A DNA stretch of 64,000 bases from Spirogloea muscicola (Eukaryota), in the NCBI GenBank assembly GCA_009602725.1, contig WELB01000011.1:33912-97911 (forward strand), given 5' to 3'. The position numbers and the translations under genes are program-made. Positions 56,576-64,000 of this stretch are shown here, in pieces (position 1 is the stretch's first letter; every line of letters starts with the position of its first letter). The notes beneath the pieces were generated by a model. It did not search any database. It worked only from the letters and a program-made list of their open reading frames with translations, and had not been told where the DNA came from.

Positions 56576-58885
56576 CTATGCAAGCACCGGAGTCTTCAGT
56601 TTGTCAAGTATTTGGTCATCCATTGCAAATTTGATGTCTTTCTTATCGCGCCCACTTTCAGTGTAAGCTTGATACCGCTGATTCAGTGCCTCTTGCAGAT
56701 CTGTCTTGTTTTCCCAACCCAGCTTCTCTTTCGCTGCCCTTGGCTCAGAGTAGAAATGCTGCAAGATGCAAATGATTGGTCAGGAAAGAAATGTAACACA
56801 AGCGATTGGCCCTATTGGCAACATGGCAGTCCAACTTTGTGTGCAGATCACATCAGTAGTAGCGTAATGTATACGCTGAGTTGTATGTAGTGGACTTGAA
56901 GAAGGCCAAGGTTGAGATGGCATACCACATTGCGGAATGGAAAGGCTTTCTTGACGTCAACACCACACTCTTTGGGATCGTAGTGGACAATCTTGGCCTC
57001 TTTGCCTGCAGCTCTTGCACACATCTTGACAAAGCCATCTAGGGAGACAGCCCTGTCGCTGACGCAGTTGAAGATGCCAACAGCAGCCTCAGGCTTCTCA
57101 ACTGCCAGGGTCAGCATGTTGGCCAGATCAGACACGTGTGCGACAATGGTGAGCTGCATCCCGGAGCCCGGCACTGGAACCGGCCTGTCTCTCACAATTC
57201 CTGCATTAAACAGGTCCAGATCAGGTCCGGTTATTGGTCGACGCCTGCAGGATCCTTTTGCTTATATGTCTAGCAAGCACTTGGACGTAGATAAGGAAGG
57301 TCTTGTTTGCAAGTAGCCCAAGAGTGGCCAATGCATGTTTTGTGTGTGCAGGGACATCCACAGACATGAGCCACTTGAGGCATAAGGTGGTAATGATGAG
57401 TGTACCACTAACTGCTGGGATTGGGGCTTACTGTCAAAGAACCACTCCTCACAATCCTTGTTGTTGCCGTTGCCAGTCATATACTGTGGACGGAAACTGC
57501 CCCACTTATCAAATTGCTCTGACAGATACTTCTCCACAAGGGCATGGCCAGAGTCCTCCTTGACTGGATCCTGCCAGAAGCACAGGATAGGGTAAGCGAA
57601 GGTGCTGTAGCTAGCCATGAGGACGTTAGCGCAGGTGCACACCAGATAGTCTCAAGGCTAACCCCTTGTTTGAGAAGTCAAGCACTTGATACACAAGCAC
57701 CTGCTAGCACGCAAGCCTGCTCATCAGGTACTTTCAGGGGGTTTGCACGTGACAGGACAAGGTGACGCACCCCCTCAATAAAAGGGGGCTCATCAGTGCC
57801 CTTGTATATGCCAGCACTGCTAATGAAGAGAAATTGCTCCACACCCGATGCCTTGGCCCAGTCAGCAACCGGTCTGCTTCAAAGAAGGGAAAACTCTTAG
57901 TGGTGCACAGAGCACACATCCACCCCTCTTCTAGAGAAGAATGACCAGCGCCAGAGTGCATATGACATGATCATGGGACATCAGGTATCATTTGAAGATG
58001 TGCCTCTTTCGAACTTTTTCGAGGTTACGCTGGCCTTGATGACCAGCATTGACTGCAAGCTGATACAGGCAATTAGGAGCAGTCAACACTACCAAGCCAG
58101 CAAGGATAATGAAATGACCCGTTATGAGGTGCTCACTGGACAGCTTCCATGTCCTTCCCGTTGTTGTCTAGGACAACGTCGAACTTGCTCGAGCCAAGAA
58201 CATCGCCAATGTTGCTGGGATCTCCCCAGACGGTTTTCACACCAGCATCGCGCAACTCCTGCTAGGCTTGCAATACACAAGGAGCAATGTGATATGCACG
58301 GTGAGCAAGTGACTCATCTCCTACGCCTGCTTAGTGGCTGAGCCGCAAACCCTCACAAGCAAATGCTCATAGTATGAAGATGCGAAGTAAAATCGTCCAG
58401 ATTGATGCAACTCTCAGCTGAGACCTGTAACAGTAAACGAGGCCGACACGCATCACCCCATGCTTTCACGGCAATTTTACCGAGAACTCGGAGAAGGGGG
58501 GCTTCTTCATCTTGTCGGAAGCCTCCTCGCCGACCGTCATGATGGTCACAGCGTGTCCGCTGGTCTGCAGCTGGCGCGCCAGCCAGAACCCGATCACGGC
58601 GTGGCCCCCGGAGTTGGTGTTCACGATCAGCACCTCCCTAGCGGCTGCCTCGACGCGGAGCGCGCCGGGGGGCAGCCTCCACGCGGCGTGCTTGACGGCG
58701 CCCCTCTGCGGAAGGGCGGAGACCCCGAACGACAGGCCCGAGGAGAGGGCAGCGGCTCTCGAGGCGGGGCTGAGGCCGCATTGCCGGAAAGAGGCCGGCA
58801 GCGTGGCCCTGCCGGATCCGCGGGCAAGCTTGCTCCCGGCGGCGGCTGCGGCGGCGGCGGCAGCGGCGGCGGCCATGGTCGCCAT
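56576..58885 (-). CDS. CSP41a: Chloroplast stem-loop binding protein 41a
   Basis: Transit peptide, then [68 protein letters not shown]. Confidence 0.93.
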
Positions 58886-59446
58886 GCCGCGCGCAGGGCC
58901 CGGAGCTCGCTCGGGAATGACCAGCGGCGGGGATAAGGGAGAGGATTGAAATGGAAGAATGGAAATGCGGCTGCCTGACAATAAAGGAGCGGCTGTAAAA
59001 GCCAGCCAGGTGCACACAGAGGGCGTCCTTATATCTAATAAGTGGAGCCTATTTATGTCAGTGGGTCTGGTCGCGGGACCCCGCTAGGCCAGCCTGTGGC
59101 TGGAATGGGGTCGCCGCCAACGGACACGCCACGACGGTATCGTCGGCGTCGGTGCCCCCGTTCCGTCACCTCCCGTCGGGGCTGGGGCGCAGGCCTGGCC
59201 ACGAGGCGCCCCCCCCCTCCTCCTCCGTTTCCGTGCGCAGATGAATCGGGGCGACGGCCGGCTCGTAGCCGTGACCGGGCCACCCCCGCCGCATCGCCAT
59301 AGCCACAGAAATCGAATATATCGACTCGCTTGAAACGGCGGCCCGCCAACGGGTGGCTTCCCGCCCCGCTCGGACCGAGCCCTCAGCGATTGCTGTGCCT
59401 TCGAAGCAAGGCACCTCCCCCGCCGCCGCCGCCGCCGCCGCCCGCC

Positions 59447-62570
<3,124 letters not shown>

Positions 62571-63129
62571 GAGAGCAGAGCATGGTGGCTTGCACAGGCA
62601 GCAGTATTTGTAGGGCAGATTGCTGGTGCAAGTAGCAGCATTAGCCTTTGATGCAATTTGTTGATTTTTTGGCCACTTTCTCATCGAGATACACTTACCT
62701 TGACATAGCTCCTTGCAGTCACGCTTCCATGATATAGATAATTGGGGTGCCGCTTTAGACATTGGAGGCTCATGCAGACACATGCCAATGTTGCTTGGAA
62801 ACTGCAATGTGTGCAGTAATGAGAGTTGCCTTTCGTGACAAGTGCTTCCAGTCAATGGGCAGCAACAACGTCCATGCAGCCAGTGTAGCTGTGTATGGCA
62901 GATCCGTGCTACTCAAAATTTGCTGGCCGCTCTATCATCAAACAGGCTGCAGTGCCGGCCTAATCAACGCCACAGACACTCAACTCTCAGGTGCTCTGTG
63001 AAGGTTGGACGTATGTCCAGCAATCTTGTTGGCTGATGGTAATACATGCCAATCTTACTAGAGAAAGCATAAACACTTGAGAGTCTTTAAGAATCTCCTT
63101 GAAGTCGAGCTTGCTGAGCTTGTCATGAG

Positions 63130-64000
63130 ACTGATTGGAAGCTGTTGAAAGTGTTGTTCGGCCACACCAGGCAATCCAGAGCTTTTTGGAAGTGCCCTAG
63201 TCCTCTGCTAGCCCCACTGCTCATGACAGATATGTAACGAGTATCGCCTTGAGCAGGGGTGCCAGGCGGATGTGCATGTATCCCTCTACCCAAGTGGTGG
63301 GCTTTCATTTTTGGATAGCGCGGCGGAAGGTTGCAATCTGCTGCGACGTGGTAATACCAACGGAGGCTAGGATGCGCAGGCAGAGCTCAGCGAGGAAGAG
63401 CAGGAGGAGCCATAGTGTGGAGGAGAAGGCGTCCGCACCCAGGCTGCTGAACATTGCCAACGAGCGGGGACACCACCGTCTCGCCTCCATTGACAGCCTG
63501 CTCCAGCCCAGCTGCAGCTGCGCACACAGACTCCAAGAATTGGAGTCATGAGCATGCAGGGCAATGCTGATGGTGCCACCTAATGGCATTGGCCGCATCA
63601 TATGGGCAATAGGAGCAACTGCATCTGCATGCTCACCAGGCTCTTTAAGCTGCGGTGGAACCGCGAGCCGAAGGCATCATTCAGCGGGTGTGTGCTGCTA
63701 GCCAGGCAGCTCCGGACGAGCTCGACGATCTGCGGCGCAGGGCAGGCGCGAGAGCCGGCGCTTGAGCACAGTGGGGAGAGAAGAGTCTCCGGCAGCGTGC
63801 ACAGCTGTTGCCGAATTGGGCATTGCTCGTCTGCCAAAGCAGTCCATGCACTGGATCGACACCGGGAACTAATTCTAGTGGGAAAATTTGACCACAAGAC
63901 ACGGCGCAGGTGCCGCAGGCCTCGCTCACCATGTCCCGGCTGACCTCCATGGCCACGGCCCTGGGCGACGACCCGGCGCCGTAGCCGCCGTCGCCGGCAC
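63130..64000 (-). CDS. 3' part of an unidentified spliced gene entering from beyond the window
   Basis: Plausible exons AVAMEVSRDM|IVELVRSCLASSTHPLNDAFGSRFHRSLKSL| and a hydrophobic exon (TLWLLLLFLAELCLRIL) with GT-AG boundaries; no family recognised. Confidence 0.3.

Overview
Compact, intron-rich eukaryotic nuclear DNA from a green plant-lineage organism. The gene content (CP24/Lhcb6, D27-like, CSP41a, BCL7-like) and very GC-rich first exons suggest a streptophyte alga; this is an inference. About 19 spliced host genes are recognisable, often in head-to-head pairs: Lhcb6, USB1, an EF-hand protein, D27-like, BCL7-like, TMEM45/DUF716, RabE/Rab8, V-ATPase B, a cyclophilin, a PHP phosphoesterase, a KVxW/CaaX small protein, deoxynucleoside kinase, a Raf-like kinase, an SLC7-type transporter, an HR-lesion protein, a small plastid membrane protein, RPC11, CSP41a and SAHH. 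Two repeat islands (~24.85-29.45 kb and ~48.6-52.3 kb) consist of ~15 nested, 5'-truncated restriction-like-endonuclease (CRE-like) non-LTR retrotransposon ends. These share a C-terminal SDLxxLTRGY* peptide but carry different structured 3' UTR modules. A Copia RT fragment and a Tourist-like MITE are also present. The most unusual feature is an intronless, lower-GC segment (32361-32807) encoding a highly compacted N-terminus of a multisubunit RNA polymerase largest subunit, resembling a viral or virus-like-element enzyme, fused in frame to exon 1 of the PHP gene. It abuts a scaffold 'n', so a misassembly must be excluded.
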